DNA of 64,000 bases from Candidatus Hydrogenedentota bacterium. Lineage in GTDB: Bacteria; Hydrogenedentota; Hydrogenedentia; Hydrogenedentales; SLHB01. Positions 39,802 to 49,020 of the stretch are shown here, piece by piece. The notes beneath the pieces were generated by a model. The model worked only from the letters and a program-made list of their open reading frames with translations. It was not told the DNA's origin and made no database searches. Positions within the stretch are counted from its first letter, which is position 1, and each line of letters opens with the position of its first letter. Location: assembly GCA_963674865.2 (NCBI GenBank), contig CAXXYE010000002.1, forward strand, positions 64,001-128,000. Reading direction: 5' to 3'. The translations under genes and the position numbers were made by a program.

Positions 39802-40281
39802 ATGATTGAGGACCCGGAACTCCGAAGAATGCTTGAGGAAGAACTCAAGGTCGTCCGCAAGGAGCGCGAAGGGCTGGTGGCGGAGGATACGGAATCGCTC
39901 CGCCACGAGCGAAAGCTGAGGAACCGCGAGGAGGAGATCGAACGGTTGCTTGGACTGCGCAAGCATCCGCCGGATGCCATTGTGCAGGAGCAGAAGAAGC
40001 TGAAGTGGCTGCTGGTGGTGCTGGCTTGTTTGGTTGCGGGCCTCGGTGTCTTCGCCTGGGCAAGTCAGTCGCGTCTAGCGGCCTTGGAGCAGGGCTTCAA
40101 GGACCACGAAGAGCGTCTGCTGGGGCATGAGACGCGTGTCAAGACGAATGAAGAGGCTCTGTCAGGGCATGAGGAGCGCGTGAAAGCGAATGAGGAGCGT
40201 CTCCGGGAGCATGGTGAAGGCCTACAGCGGCATGATGAGCAGCTAAGGCAACTGATATCGCGTGACGTGTCGCAGCCCTGA
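39802..40281 (+). CDS. hypothetical single-TM protein with C-terminal heptad coiled coil
   Basis: RBS GAGGAGG upstream; TM WLLVVLACLVAGLGVFAW; repeated HEER(L/V)-type heptads. Confidence 0.65.
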   Translation: MIEDPELRRMLEEELKVVRKEREGLVAEDTESLRHERKLRNREEEIERLLGLRKHPPDAIVQEQKKLKWLLVVLACLVAGLGVFAWASQSRLAALEQGFKDHEERLLGHETRVKTNEEALSGHEERVKANEERLREHGEGLQRHDEQLRQLISRDVSQP

Positions 40282-40302
40282 GCGAGGGCAGATAAAACAA
40301 GG

Positions 40303-40345
40303 AACGGGGCGAGGCGCAGATAATGACCTGCGGCCTCGCCCCGTT
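40303..40345. terminator. GC-rich hairpin between convergent genes (possible bidirectional terminator)
   Basis: AACGGGGCGAGG..GCAG-loop-CTGC..CCTCGCCCCGTT with A/T-rich flanks. Confidence 0.65.
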
Positions 40346-40360
40346 GTTGTCTAGGATCGC

Positions 40361-40645
40361 TTAGTAGCGTCCGCCGCCGCCGCCGCCGCGCGGCCCACGC
40401 GACTCGCGCGGACGGGCCTCGTTGACGGTGATCGTCCGGCCTTGAAGGTCGGTGCCGTTGAGCTTGGCAATGGCGGCCTGCCCTTCAGAGTCGTTCGACA
40501 TTTCGACGAAGCCGAAACCGCGGGAGCGGCCGGTGTACTTGTCCTCGATGACGCGGGCGTCATCGACCTGGCCGAACTGCGAGAAGGCTTCCTTGAGGCT
40601 CGCATTGTCGGTGTCGTACGAGAGATTCCCTACATAGATGTTCAT
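40361..40645 (-). CDS. RRM-domain RNA-binding protein with Gly-rich tail
   Basis: RNP2 IYVGNL, RNP1 RGFGFVEM, VNEARPR, GGGGGGRY; RBS AAGGA. Confidence 0.95.
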   Translation of the reverse strand: MNIYVGNLSYDTDNASLKEAFSQFGQVDDARVIEDKYTGRSRGFGFVEMSNDSEGQAAIAKLNGTDLQGRTITVNEARPRESRGPRGGGGGGRY

Positions 40646-40815
40646 TCTGTCATTTCCTTTTCGACATGCTATTGCGGAGAGTGGCCATCAGCATCAGTCG
40701 TTAACCAGTCCAGGCAGGCATGACGTCGGGTGAGGAAATCACGCGGCGGGATCAGGTTTGGATTGGGTCTGTAGCTCACGAACTCCAAACTGTGTGCACC
40801 CATTGCACGTTAAGT

Positions 40816-40845
40816 ATTGTACGAAATACGCAGCCCTCTTGTCAA
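40816..40845 (-). promoter_or_regulatory. sigma70-type promoter of the RRM gene
   Basis: minus strand TTGACA, 18 bp, TACAAT. Confidence 0.6.
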
Positions 40846-40859
40846 ACTTTTTCGCGAGG

Positions 40860-42074
40860 CCTGAGTTCTTATTGTAAGTGCAACATGGTTGGGTGAGTGC
40901 CCTTTCCCGTCGGAGCCGTTCGTCGCTCACCCCTGAGCGGCGGCGGACGGCGACAGCGGGAAGGGCCCCCCTTTCCTGTAGGTGAGTTCTGAGCACAAGG
41001 CAGACAGAACAAGGAAGGCATCGAGGAATCCGTTCGGTACACTGGTTTTTTGCACGAACCAAGAACCGAAAGGAGTCTCGATGCCCTATCGCCATCTTAC
41101 ACCAATGGAACGCGGACAGATACAAGCATGGCTTAGCCAAGGGCTGAGTCAACGGGCCATTGCCGTCCAGTTGGGCCGTAGCGCCTCGACGGTGTGCCGG
41201 GAACTGGCTCGGAATCGGGCCCCGTCCAAGGCATATTCCGCGGCGCGCGCCCAGAAACGATACGAGCAGGTCCGCAAGACTTGCCGAAGAACCACCTCGC
41301 TCAGTGAGCCGGCGTTACGGCGCTATCTCTTCGACAAGATGACGGAAGGATGGTCACCGGAGCAGATTGCGGGCCGCCTCTGGCTGGATTTCCCCGGCCA
41401 ACCGCGCATGCGCGTCAGTCCCGAGACCATCTACCGCTCGTTGTACACCGATGAAAAGCTAGGCAATCCCTTGATCGGTTGTCTTCGACGCCGGCGGCCG
41501 CGCCGCCGCAAACGCGGGGAGCGCCGCCCCACGAGGCCCTTCATTCCCAATCGCGTCGGCATCGAGGCCCGGCCGCCCGAGGTCGCCACCCGAAAGCGCT
41601 ACGGGGATTGGGAAGGAGATCTACTCGTCGGGGCCAACCAACAGGGCGCCGTGCTTACCCTGGTGGAACGTAAGTCCTTGCTGCTACGGGCCGCACTGCT
41701 CGGCTCCCGTCATGCCGACGGCGTCGCCCAGGCTGCCATCGACCAACTCCGGCACCTGCCCGCCCACTGGACAAAGACCATCACCTTCGATAACGGCAGC
41801 GAATTCGCTCACCACAGACACATCGCCGAGGTCTTGGGCCTCGACACCTACTTCGCCAATCCCTATGCCGCCTACGAGCGCGGCACCAACGAAAACACCA
41901 ACGGCCTCCTACGCCAGTATCTCCCCAAGAACACCAACTTCAGGGAAATTGCCGAAAGCCAGCTCCAAAGCTACGTCCGTCAACTTAACAACAGGCCACG
42001 CAAAAAACTGGGATACCGAACTCCTAACGAAGTCTTCAAGCTACACGCCGTTGCACTTGCTCCTTGAATCCAGC
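40860..42074 (+). mobile_element. IS30-family insertion sequence (~1.2 kb)
   Basis: imperfect TIRs CCTGAGTTCTTATTGTAAGTGCAAC / GTTGCACTTGCTCCTTGAATCCAGC; GG flanks both ends (possible 2-bp TSD); exact ends +/-1-2 bp. Confidence 0.85.
41081..42067 (+). CDS. IS30-family DDE transposase
   Basis: YRHLT...ER HTH, WSPEQI, WEGD, TFDNGSEF, ERGTNENTNGLLRQY, LNNRPRKKLG; RBS AAGGAG; stop codon lies inside the right TIR. Confidence 0.95.
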   Translation: MPYRHLTPMERGQIQAWLSQGLSQRAIAVQLGRSASTVCRELARNRAPSKAYSAARAQKRYEQVRKTCRRTTSLSEPALRRYLFDKMTEGWSPEQIAGRLWLDFPGQPRMRVSPETIYRSLYTDEKLGNPLIGCLRRRRPRRRKRGERRPTRPFIPNRVGIEARPPEVATRKRYGDWEGDLLVGANQQGAVLTLVERKSLLLRAALLGSRHADGVAQAAIDQLRHLPAHWTKTITFDNGSEFAHHRHIAEVLGLDTYFANPYAAYERGTNENTNGLLRQYLPKNTNFREIAESQLQSYVRQLNNRPRKKLGYRTPNEVFKLHAVALAP

Positions 42075-42512
42075 GGGCGCGCCCTCCAGGATGCCGGGTG
42101 GCTGTCTCTCCTCGCGCTCGGGGGAACGCACGAGCATGCTTGGACTGCAAACGGGACGGGCAAGGGGCCGCGTCGTGATGCGCCTGGGGTGCGGGCTGGG
42201 CGTTGTGTTTCCTGTGGCGTGACGCCTGCGTATTCGCAAGCAGAAGAGAAGGTCGTCGCCTGGTGCAGAGAGGGAGGGGAAGAATCCAGCATTTCACGTA
42301 TGTTTGCGAAGAAGGTGAAGGCAGCTGCCGGCTTCTCTACCGGCGCGCAGTGGAAGCAGGGACGCCATCAGAGCCAGAGGAATACCCTCCTCAAACACCC
42401 GGTGCAGGAGCGAGCGCTCTTCGCGAGGAACCGGAGTGATGCGACGTGGAATGCGGCGCCGCCGGCCGGGCCTTCATTCGAGCGCAGCGTGAATGGCGGG
42501 GCTGCATGAGCG

Positions 42513-43787
42513 CTACTCGTGCTCCAGGACGAGGTGGAGCTGCTGCATATTCCATCTGTAGTTGGTGGAGTGGCGGTCCCGGGCGTCGGAGTAGATGAGG
42601 TACATGGTTGTGCCGTCGTCGGTTATCCATTTGGGGGAGAGTTGCGGCATGTAGAGCCTGTTGGCGGGGTTGTCGCCGTCCCAGACTTCGTCCCAGTGGA
42701 ATGTGCGCCAGGGGCCCCAGGGGTGCTCGGCCCAGAGCAGCATCAGGCCGCCGGTTTCGTAGTGCATGAAGACGTCCATGACGGGGCCCGTGCCGGGGCG
42801 CTGGGTGCCTGCACAGGCCATGATGAACAGGCCGAGGGGGTCGTTCCAGACGACGCTGGGCGACCACGAATACCATCCCCAGCCCTCGGGGAAGGTGTGT
42901 ACGTCGCCCCGGCGGGCGAGGTCGTCAACGGCCCATTCGGCGTTTCCATCGCCGGTGCGCTGGACGAAGTACTCCCACTTCGTGCGGTCGAGGATGTCTT
43001 TCTTCTTCACGCGGGCCAGGTTGAGGCGGTGGGCGTTCTCACGTCCGTTGGGCGAGTAGAGATAGACGTAGCCGTCTTTGTTATCGCGGTAATCCTGGCC
43101 AAACTGGGCGATGGTGATGAAGGAGAAGGCATAATCCGGCTCGTTGTGGAAGAGGAGTTGGTTGCCGCCCTGTCCCGCGAACCAGCGATCCTCGTCGTTG
43201 GCGTCCGTGCCGTTCCATCGCAGCCAGCGCGTGGCCCCCTTGGGCCGCCAGATGAGTTGGCATCCGTCGAACCATCCCCAGCCGCGGCGGTCGGCGCAGT
43301 GGGAGATGAATTGGTAGAGGGCGCCGTCTACCGAGGCAATGCCGTAGGCGTACCAGTTCCAGGATGTCACCTCGGCGCCGGTGTCCGGATCCACCCACCA
43401 GGTGTCATCGCGCTGCTTCTTCTCGTTGTAGCGCCTGGGCTGAGTCTCGCCATCGTAGACGGGTGCGTCTTCGAGGGGCGTCGCGCGGAGTGTCGCCGCG
43501 TCCGGGCCGCCGGCGATGCGATAGATGCGGTTGTTCTGGAAGCCGCGTTTCTCACCGTTGTCATCGGGCCATCCCGAGCCATCGCACATGGAGGTGTAGA
43601 GGTCGCTGTCCGCGGCCCAGGTCATGCACCAGTTGTCGCCGGATCTGCCCAGACGCGTTACTTCGGGAGTGAACTCAACGGCGACGGGTTTCATGGCCGG
43701 CTCTCCGCCATGGGCGCGCCGGGCCGCCATGCAGCCGGCCAGCAGGCATGCGAGCAGCACAATGCAGGAAACGGCGGAAATCCACAT
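42513..43787 (-). CDS. secreted DUF4185-like beta-propeller protein
   Basis: signal peptide; GDNWCMTWA, QFGQDY...DGYVYLY, LARV, WEYF, PWGPW, PKWI; start uncertain. Confidence 0.6.
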   Translation of the reverse strand: MWISAVSCIVLLACLLAGCMAARRAHGGEPAMKPVAVEFTPEVTRLGRSGDNWCMTWAADSDLYTSMCDGSGWPDDNGEKRGFQNNRIYRIAGGPDAATLRATPLEDAPVYDGETQPRRYNEKKQRDDTWWVDPDTGAEVTSWNWYAYGIASVDGALYQFISHCADRRGWGWFDGCQLIWRPKGATRWLRWNGTDANDEDRWFAGQGGNQLLFHNEPDYAFSFITIAQFGQDYRDNKDGYVYLYSPNGRENAHRLNLARVKKKDILDRTKWEYFVQRTGDGNAEWAVDDLARRGDVHTFPEGWGWYSWSPSVVWNDPLGLFIMACAGTQRPGTGPVMDVFMHYETGGLMLLWAEHPWGPWRTFHWDEVWDGDNPANRLYMPQLSPKWITDDGTTMYLIYSDARDRHSTNYRWNMQQLHLVLEHE

Positions 43788-44057
43788 GGCTGCGCTTCTC
43801 CTCAGGTGTCCGGGTGTACGCAATGGTGCTACTTGCCTCCGCTTATCAGTCCTTCCGCCACACAGGGACGTGTCCCATTGGTTCATGTCGAGTTGTGTGC
43901 ACAAGTTGCGTTTACTCTACCGCAAGTCTCATGATTCTTGCGAAGCTGCGAGAGGTTGTGACGATGTGTATCCGGGAAAGGGGATGTGCAGCGGCATGAG
44001 TTACGCGGATGGCGTCTTATTCTCGCCGCGACAAGCAGAGCGAAAAGCAGGGACAGA

Positions 44058-44208
44058 GGAGCCGTTGAAAAAGTCCGGAGTTGCTTCACGCAGGCCGCGA
44101 AGGGACCTGGGACAGTCCCGTCTGCGTCCGCCCATGGCGGACTCCGCTTGGTACAGTCCCGGTCTTTCGCTCAACCTCTGGAGCGAATGCGACATTTTCA
44201 ACAGCCCC
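44058..44208. mobile_element. 151-bp MITE, copy 2, inserted in the left arm of a REP-like element (host ~44040-44265)
   Basis: TIRs GGAGCCGTTGAAAAAGTC / GACATTTTCAACAGCCCC; direct repeat ACAGA at 44053-44057 and 44209-44213. Confidence 0.88.
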
Positions 44209-44400
44209 ACAGACACGTCTTGTCCGCCTGCGGCGGACTCGCTTGCGTCAGTCCCCGTTTTTCGCTTCTCTTGTGCGTCAGCAGATGGGTGAGTTCGATC
44301 ATGAGTCAGAACAGTAGTCGCGCCGGTGACGGCGTTTGGAGCATGTCCCCTTTTTCTCGGACATTCCTTCACATGCTCTGAGGTTTCTAAGGAGTGGATT

Positions 44401-45201
44401 ATGGCGACAACGTTGGATATTCGGAATTATCTGTTGGCGCACAGTCCGTGGGTGGACGCGGAGCGGACGGTGGATACGGTGAAGATTGGCGATCCGACGG
44501 GGGACGTGCGGAAGGCGGGGGTGACGTGGTATCCGGCGATGGACACCATCCGGGCGGCGCACGCTGCGGGCTGCGACTTGCTTATCACGCATGAGCCGAC
44601 GTTTTGGGAGCATGCGGCGCCGGAGCGGCGTTGGCGGCACACGGCGCCGGGGGCGTCGAAGCGGGCCTTCCTCGAGGATACGGGGATGGTTATTCTCCGC
44701 GCGCATGATACGTGGGATAACTGGCCGGAGATCGGCATCCGGGATGCCTGGGCCGGCGGCTTGGGGCTGACGAAGCGCGTGCTGGAAGGCTCGCAGCTCC
44801 GCTGGACGGCGATGTACGAGATTCCTCGGCAGACGCTGCGGGAGTTCGCGCAGTACGTGGCCGATCGCATCAAGGTGCTGGGCGAGGATAGTGTGCAGGT
44901 CATCGGCGATCCGGAGATGGCGGTGCACCGGCCGGCGCTCGGCGTGGGGTGCGCGTGCCCGGATAAGGAGATGGTCGATGCCGGGGCGGATGTGTTGATC
45001 TGCTGCTACGATGGTGCGTCCTATTGGCAGTCGCGGGAGCGGCTGGCGGAGATGGGCGTCGGGGTCATCACTGTGGAACACGGGACGAGCGAGATGTGGG
45101 CGATGGAGCGGTTGTGTGAACATCTGGCGGAGCAGTTCCCGTCCATCGCGTTCGAGTACTTCGCCGAGCACCCGCGTACATGGACGGTACTGGGCCGGTG
45201 A
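44401..45201 (+). CDS. Nif3-like dinuclear metal centre protein
   Basis: TVDTVKIGD, LITHEPTFW, RAHDTWD, EHGTSE; RBS AAGGAG. Confidence 0.82.
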   Translation: MATTLDIRNYLLAHSPWVDAERTVDTVKIGDPTGDVRKAGVTWYPAMDTIRAAHAAGCDLLITHEPTFWEHAAPERRWRHTAPGASKRAFLEDTGMVILRAHDTWDNWPEIGIRDAWAGGLGLTKRVLEGSQLRWTAMYEIPRQTLREFAQYVADRIKVLGEDSVQVIGDPEMAVHRPALGVGCACPDKEMVDAGADVLICCYDGASYWQSRERLAEMGVGVITVEHGTSEMWAMERLCEHLAEQFPSIAFEYFAEHPRTWTVLGR

Positions 45202-45220
45202 GGCCGGGGAGCGGCAAGTA

Positions 45221-45586
45221 GTGAGCAAGTTTGGCGTCACACCGCGCAAGGAAGCGGAACTCGCCGAGCGGATGGCGGCCTGCGGCATTCAGGAGGCCGA
45301 TCTCGACGAGTCGTTCGTCCGCTCCGGCGGCCCCGGGGGGCAGAAGGTGAATCGGACGGCCACGTGCGTGCGATTGGTGCATCGGCCGACGGGCCTGGAC
45401 GTGAAGATGCAGCAGGCGCGATCGCTTGGGTTGAACCGATTCTACGCGCGGCGGCGGTTGTGCGAACTGCGCGAGGCCGAACTCATGGGCGAGCGGAGTC
45501 CCGAAGCCATCCGGCAGGAGAAGGTTCGCCGGCAGAAGGCGCGCCGTAAGCGGCGCACGCGGCAGAAGCAGGCTGATACCGAGTAG
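45221..45586 (+). CDS. short GGQ peptidyl-tRNA hydrolase / release factor-like ribosome rescue protein
   Basis: ESFVRSGGPGGQKVNRT, HRPTG, basic C-terminal tail RRQKARRKRR; GTG start at 45221. Confidence 0.85.
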   Translation: MSKFGVTPRKEAELAERMAACGIQEADLDESFVRSGGPGGQKVNRTATCVRLVHRPTGLDVKMQQARSLGLNRFYARRRLCELREAELMGERSPEAIRQEKVRRQKARRKRRTRQKQADTE

Positions 45587-45606
45587 GCCCGCGCGTTGTC
45601 CCGCGG

Positions 45607-48600
45607 CTACTTCGCGCCCATATCGACGGCGGCGAGGGCGGCGTAGAGTTCCGCGCCGTCCGCGTAGCGTTCGTCGGGATCTTTGTTGAGGCACTTCTCC
45701 ACGATGGCGGCGAGAGCGGCCGGCGCATCGGGCGCCGCGTCCGTCAAGGGCGGCGGCAGGGTGTTTACGTGATGGAACGCGAGGTCGCCTTCGGGGAAGG
45801 GAGGCGTGCCCGTGATCGCTTCAAACAAGATGATTCCCGTCGCGTACACATCGGTGGCGGTCTTGGGGCGTTCGCCCTTTACCTGCTCCGGCGCCATATA
45901 GCGCCATGTGCCCATGACGGAGCCTTCACGGGTGAGGTCGGATTCCGTGTCGATACGCGCCAAGCCGAAGTCCATGATTTTGACGTCGCCTGTGTCGGTA
46001 ACGATCATGATGTTCTCGGGCTTGATGTCGCGATGGATGATTCCGCGGGCGTGGGCGGCCGCAAGGCCTTCCGCAATCTGTTTTGTGACGCTGACGGCCT
46101 CGTCGGGCGGCAGCGTCTTGCGATCGCGGAGGATCTCGCGGAAACTCTGCCCTTCGATGTATTCCATGGAGATGTAGCTCTCGCCCCATTCCTCGCCGAT
46201 GTCGTAGACGGCCACAACGTTCTTATGATTCAGCGCGGCAACGGCGCGGGCCTCGCGAACGAAACGCGAGCGAAGCTCATCATTCTTGCTGAACCGGCTG
46301 GGCAGCACCTTCAGGGCCACCTCGCGATCAAGCTTGGTGTCGCGGGCGAGGTAGACGACGCCCATGCCGCCTTGTCCGAGTTGGCGGATGGTTTCATACC
46401 GCTTCTTGTGTGAGACGGGCACGGTTACCTGCGTGCCCGCGGGGGCCGACGTGTCCGGCGCGACCGTTTTCGGCGCAAAGACGCTGCTCATCTCGTCAAT
46501 ATGTTCCAGGCGGCCGGAGACGTCTTTGTAATAGTAGTCGACCACCAGGATTCCCTGGAAGACTTCGCGGGCTTCGTCGTACATACCTGCCTGCTCGTAG
46601 GCGCATCCGAGGCCGTAGAAGATGTCGATGTTGTCGGCAACGATCTCCTCTTGGCCGACGAGGGCCTCACGATATCGATCCGCTGCGAGGTTGTACATGC
46701 CCTTGTTCATGAAGCATTCGGCCAGTACCTTGAGCGCCTCGTGTCCGAGGTCCGGATCGCGCGTCACCGGCTGGAGCAGCTTGATGGCGTCGTCCACGCG
46801 CTCGCTGCCGAGATAGAGCCGCCCGAGGCCCAAGGCGCCGCTCGCGGTGAGTTTGCCGCTCTTCGCCGCTTTCTCGTAGGCGTCGAGGGCTTTGTCCATG
46901 GCACCGGCCTTCTCGAATAGATTGCCCGCGGCGGCGAGGTCGCCGCTTTGCAGGTGGATCTCGGCCGCCTTCACGGCGTCTCCGAGTTGGGCGAGGAGCT
47001 TGGCGGCTTGGGCGCCGTTGCCGGCGGCGGCGTAACAGGAGGCGGCGCGTTCGATCATGTTGACGTGCTCGAAGCGGGCGGCGGCTTCGGCGAATTGGCC
47101 GGCCTTCTCATAGAGATCGGCGGCGCTCTCGACGTTGTCGAGCCTATCGGCCAAGGCGGCGGCCTTGGCGTAGTCTTCGATTTGAACGTATAGCTCGACG
47201 GCGCGGGAAAGCTCGTTCTTCGCCTCGTACAGCGCCGCTGCTTCGCCCAGCATGCCGCACTTCTCGTAACTGCGGGCCGCGCGAAGAAGGCAATCGCTGA
47301 AGCGGCGGACGACGAGGCCCCGCTCAAAGTGCCCGAAATAGACGGTTTGGCCATCGCCCGAGGCGGCGATCTTCATCACCCTATCGTCGACGCCGTCGCG
47401 CCAGAGGCAGCGCCGGTTGAAGTCGAGCATGAAACTGCCTTCGTTACTGCCCACGAGAAGGCGCTCATCGCGCCAGAACTCGGCTCCCTGGAGAATGCCG
47501 TCGTGCTCGTACTGCCACACGAGGTTCTCTTCCTCGATGTCGTAAAGGCGCAGTTTGTCGAGGCCGATGACGACGGCGGCGTACTTGCCGTCGGGGCTTA
47601 TAGACAGCCGCGATACCCACTCGCCGGTGTTTTCCTTCCAGATGGTCTGGCCGGCGAAGTCGATGAGATAGAACTTGCCGTCGCCGCATCCGGCTAGAAT
47701 ACGTTCGCCGGCCTGATGGCTCGCCAGGTGCCAGACTTTGAAATCGGTCTCGACGGTCCACGCGTCGCGCCCCTCGAGAGTCAGGGCCTTGACGCGTCCA
47801 TCCGTGCAGCCCGCGACCACGAGTCGCTGGGCCTCCGCGAGGGCCACGCCGCGGACTTCGCCGCCGAACTCCCGCTTCCAGAGGAAGTTGCTGGCTTCGT
47901 CGAGGAGGTAAACGCTTCGTCCCTTTGTGCCGATGGCCAAGTGGGATGCGTTGGCGGTTACGGCCACCGAGCGGGCCCGGACTCCCATGGGGAGTCTGAA
48001 TCGCCAGAGCCGGTTGCCTTCGTCATCGAAGAGAAAGACTTCGGGCCCGCCAAGGCACACCGCCACACGGCGTGTTTCCGGCGCGAGGGCGAGGTCACAG
48101 ACGGGCAGTTCGGCAGCGACTTCCCAGACCTCGTCGGTTGCGTACGTTGTGCGGTAGAGTTGCGCGGCGCGGGCGGCGGTCGCTTTGTCTCTGTCGTACA
48201 TTCGAGCGGCGTCGTAGAGGCGGTGGTCCGCTTCGAGGACCTGGCCCGCTGAGGCAAAATCGCGCGCCTCGCGGAAGAGTTCGGCCGCGCGCGCCGTATC
48301 GCCGAGCTGTTCGCTGTACTGGGCCGCCCTATTGAGAAGGCCGAGTTCTTCACATAGCGTGATGGCCTCGGGGATGTCTCCGGCTTTCTCATAGGCGGCG
48401 ATGGCCTGCCGCTTCATGTCGGCGCTGACATAACACGCCGCCGCCTCGCGATAGACCTCCATCTGCTCGTAGATCTCGGCCGCCCTCGCGTAATCTCCGC
48501 TGTCGGCGCACGTCTTCGCGGCGAGTTCCTTACGGTCATTATCGAGGTAGACGCGAATGGCCTGTTCGCGGTCGCCGCCTTTCTCGAAAAGCCTTGCCGC

Positions 48601-48990
48601 CGTGATGTGCATGCCGGCTCGTTCGTATAGCTGTGCGGCCCGGGAGAAGGCGCCGCCCTTCTCGAACATTTGGGCCGCTTCTTTTGGCTTCTGGGCGTTG
48701 GCCAGGAGTTCGCCCGCCTCGACGTAGGCGCGTCCCATGGCGAACATACGGGCGGCCTCTTCGAGACTTCCGAGCGATGCAAGGAGCTTGGCGCCATAGA
48801 CACACTCCCCGGCCCGCCCGTATTGCTCGGCGGCCGCCTCGAGTTGGCCGAGCTTCTCGTACATCTGGGCGGCGCCCATGCGGTCGCCGATCCGGAGATA
48901 TTGCGCTAAGGCGCGTTTGTGCCTGCCCTTGGCGGCAAGGGTCTCTGCCTTAGCCTTTGCGTCTTTTGCTGCCCTGGCCATACTGGTCAC
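45607..48990 (-). CDS. Hanks-type Ser/Thr protein kinase with helical repeats and a central beta-propeller
   Basis: C-terminal LGQGGMGVVY, VALK, HRDIKPEN, DFGLAR, YMAPE; AAxxYExAG repeats; ~7 W-containing propeller blades. Confidence 0.9.
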   Translation of the reverse strand: MTSMARAAKDAKAKAETLAAKGRHKRALAQYLRIGDRMGAAQMYEKLGQLEAAAEQYGRAGECVYGAKLLASLGSLEEAARMFAMGRAYVEAGELLANAQKPKEAAQMFEKGGAFSRAAQLYERAGMHITAARLFEKGGDREQAIRVYLDNDRKELAAKTCADSGDYARAAEIYEQMEVYREAAACYVSADMKRQAIAAYEKAGDIPEAITLCEELGLLNRAAQYSEQLGDTARAAELFREARDFASAGQVLEADHRLYDAARMYDRDKATAARAAQLYRTTYATDEVWEVAAELPVCDLALAPETRRVAVCLGGPEVFLFDDEGNRLWRFRLPMGVRARSVAVTANASHLAIGTKGRSVYLLDEASNFLWKREFGGEVRGVALAEAQRLVVAGCTDGRVKALTLEGRDAWTVETDFKVWHLASHQAGERILAGCGDGKFYLIDFAGQTIWKENTGEWVSRLSISPDGKYAAVVIGLDKLRLYDIEEENLVWQYEHDGILQGAEFWRDERLLVGSNEGSFMLDFNRRCLWRDGVDDRVMKIAASGDGQTVYFGHFERGLVVRRFSDCLLRAARSYEKCGMLGEAAALYEAKNELSRAVELYVQIEDYAKAAALADRLDNVESAADLYEKAGQFAEAAARFEHVNMIERAASCYAAAGNGAQAAKLLAQLGDAVKAAEIHLQSGDLAAAGNLFEKAGAMDKALDAYEKAAKSGKLTASGALGLGRLYLGSERVDDAIKLLQPVTRDPDLGHEALKVLAECFMNKGMYNLAADRYREALVGQEEIVADNIDIFYGLGCAYEQAGMYDEAREVFQGILVVDYYYKDVSGRLEHIDEMSSVFAPKTVAPDTSAPAGTQVTVPVSHKKRYETIRQLGQGGMGVVYLARDTKLDREVALKVLPSRFSKNDELRSRFVREARAVAALNHKNVVAVYDIGEEWGESYISMEYIEGQSFREILRDRKTLPPDEAVSVTKQIAEGLAAAHARGIIHRDIKPENIMIVTDTGDVKIMDFGLARIDTESDLTREGSVMGTWRYMAPEQVKGERPKTATDVYATGIILFEAITGTPPFPEGDLAFHHVNTLPPPLTDAAPDAPAALAAIVEKCLNKDPDERYADGAELYAALAAVDMGAK

Positions 48991-49020
48991 CCCATGTTGT
49001 CTCCCGCCTGTCGGCGGGTG

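Noticed and set aside
42075..42510. Possible gene or ncRNA to the right of IS30
   Set aside because: Only short ORFs without motifs or RBS, and no RNA family could be recognised by eye.
42519..43934. Long antisense ORFs (also 19183-20631, 20794-22119, and the alternate-frame 16768-18351)
   Set aside because: Shadow frames expected in high-GC coding DNA; each overlaps a better-supported gene and has no recognisable motifs.
15459..44265. Repeats considered as a possible CRISPR array
   Set aside because: Copies are dispersed over kilobases, with no regular repeat-spacer structure and no cas genes.
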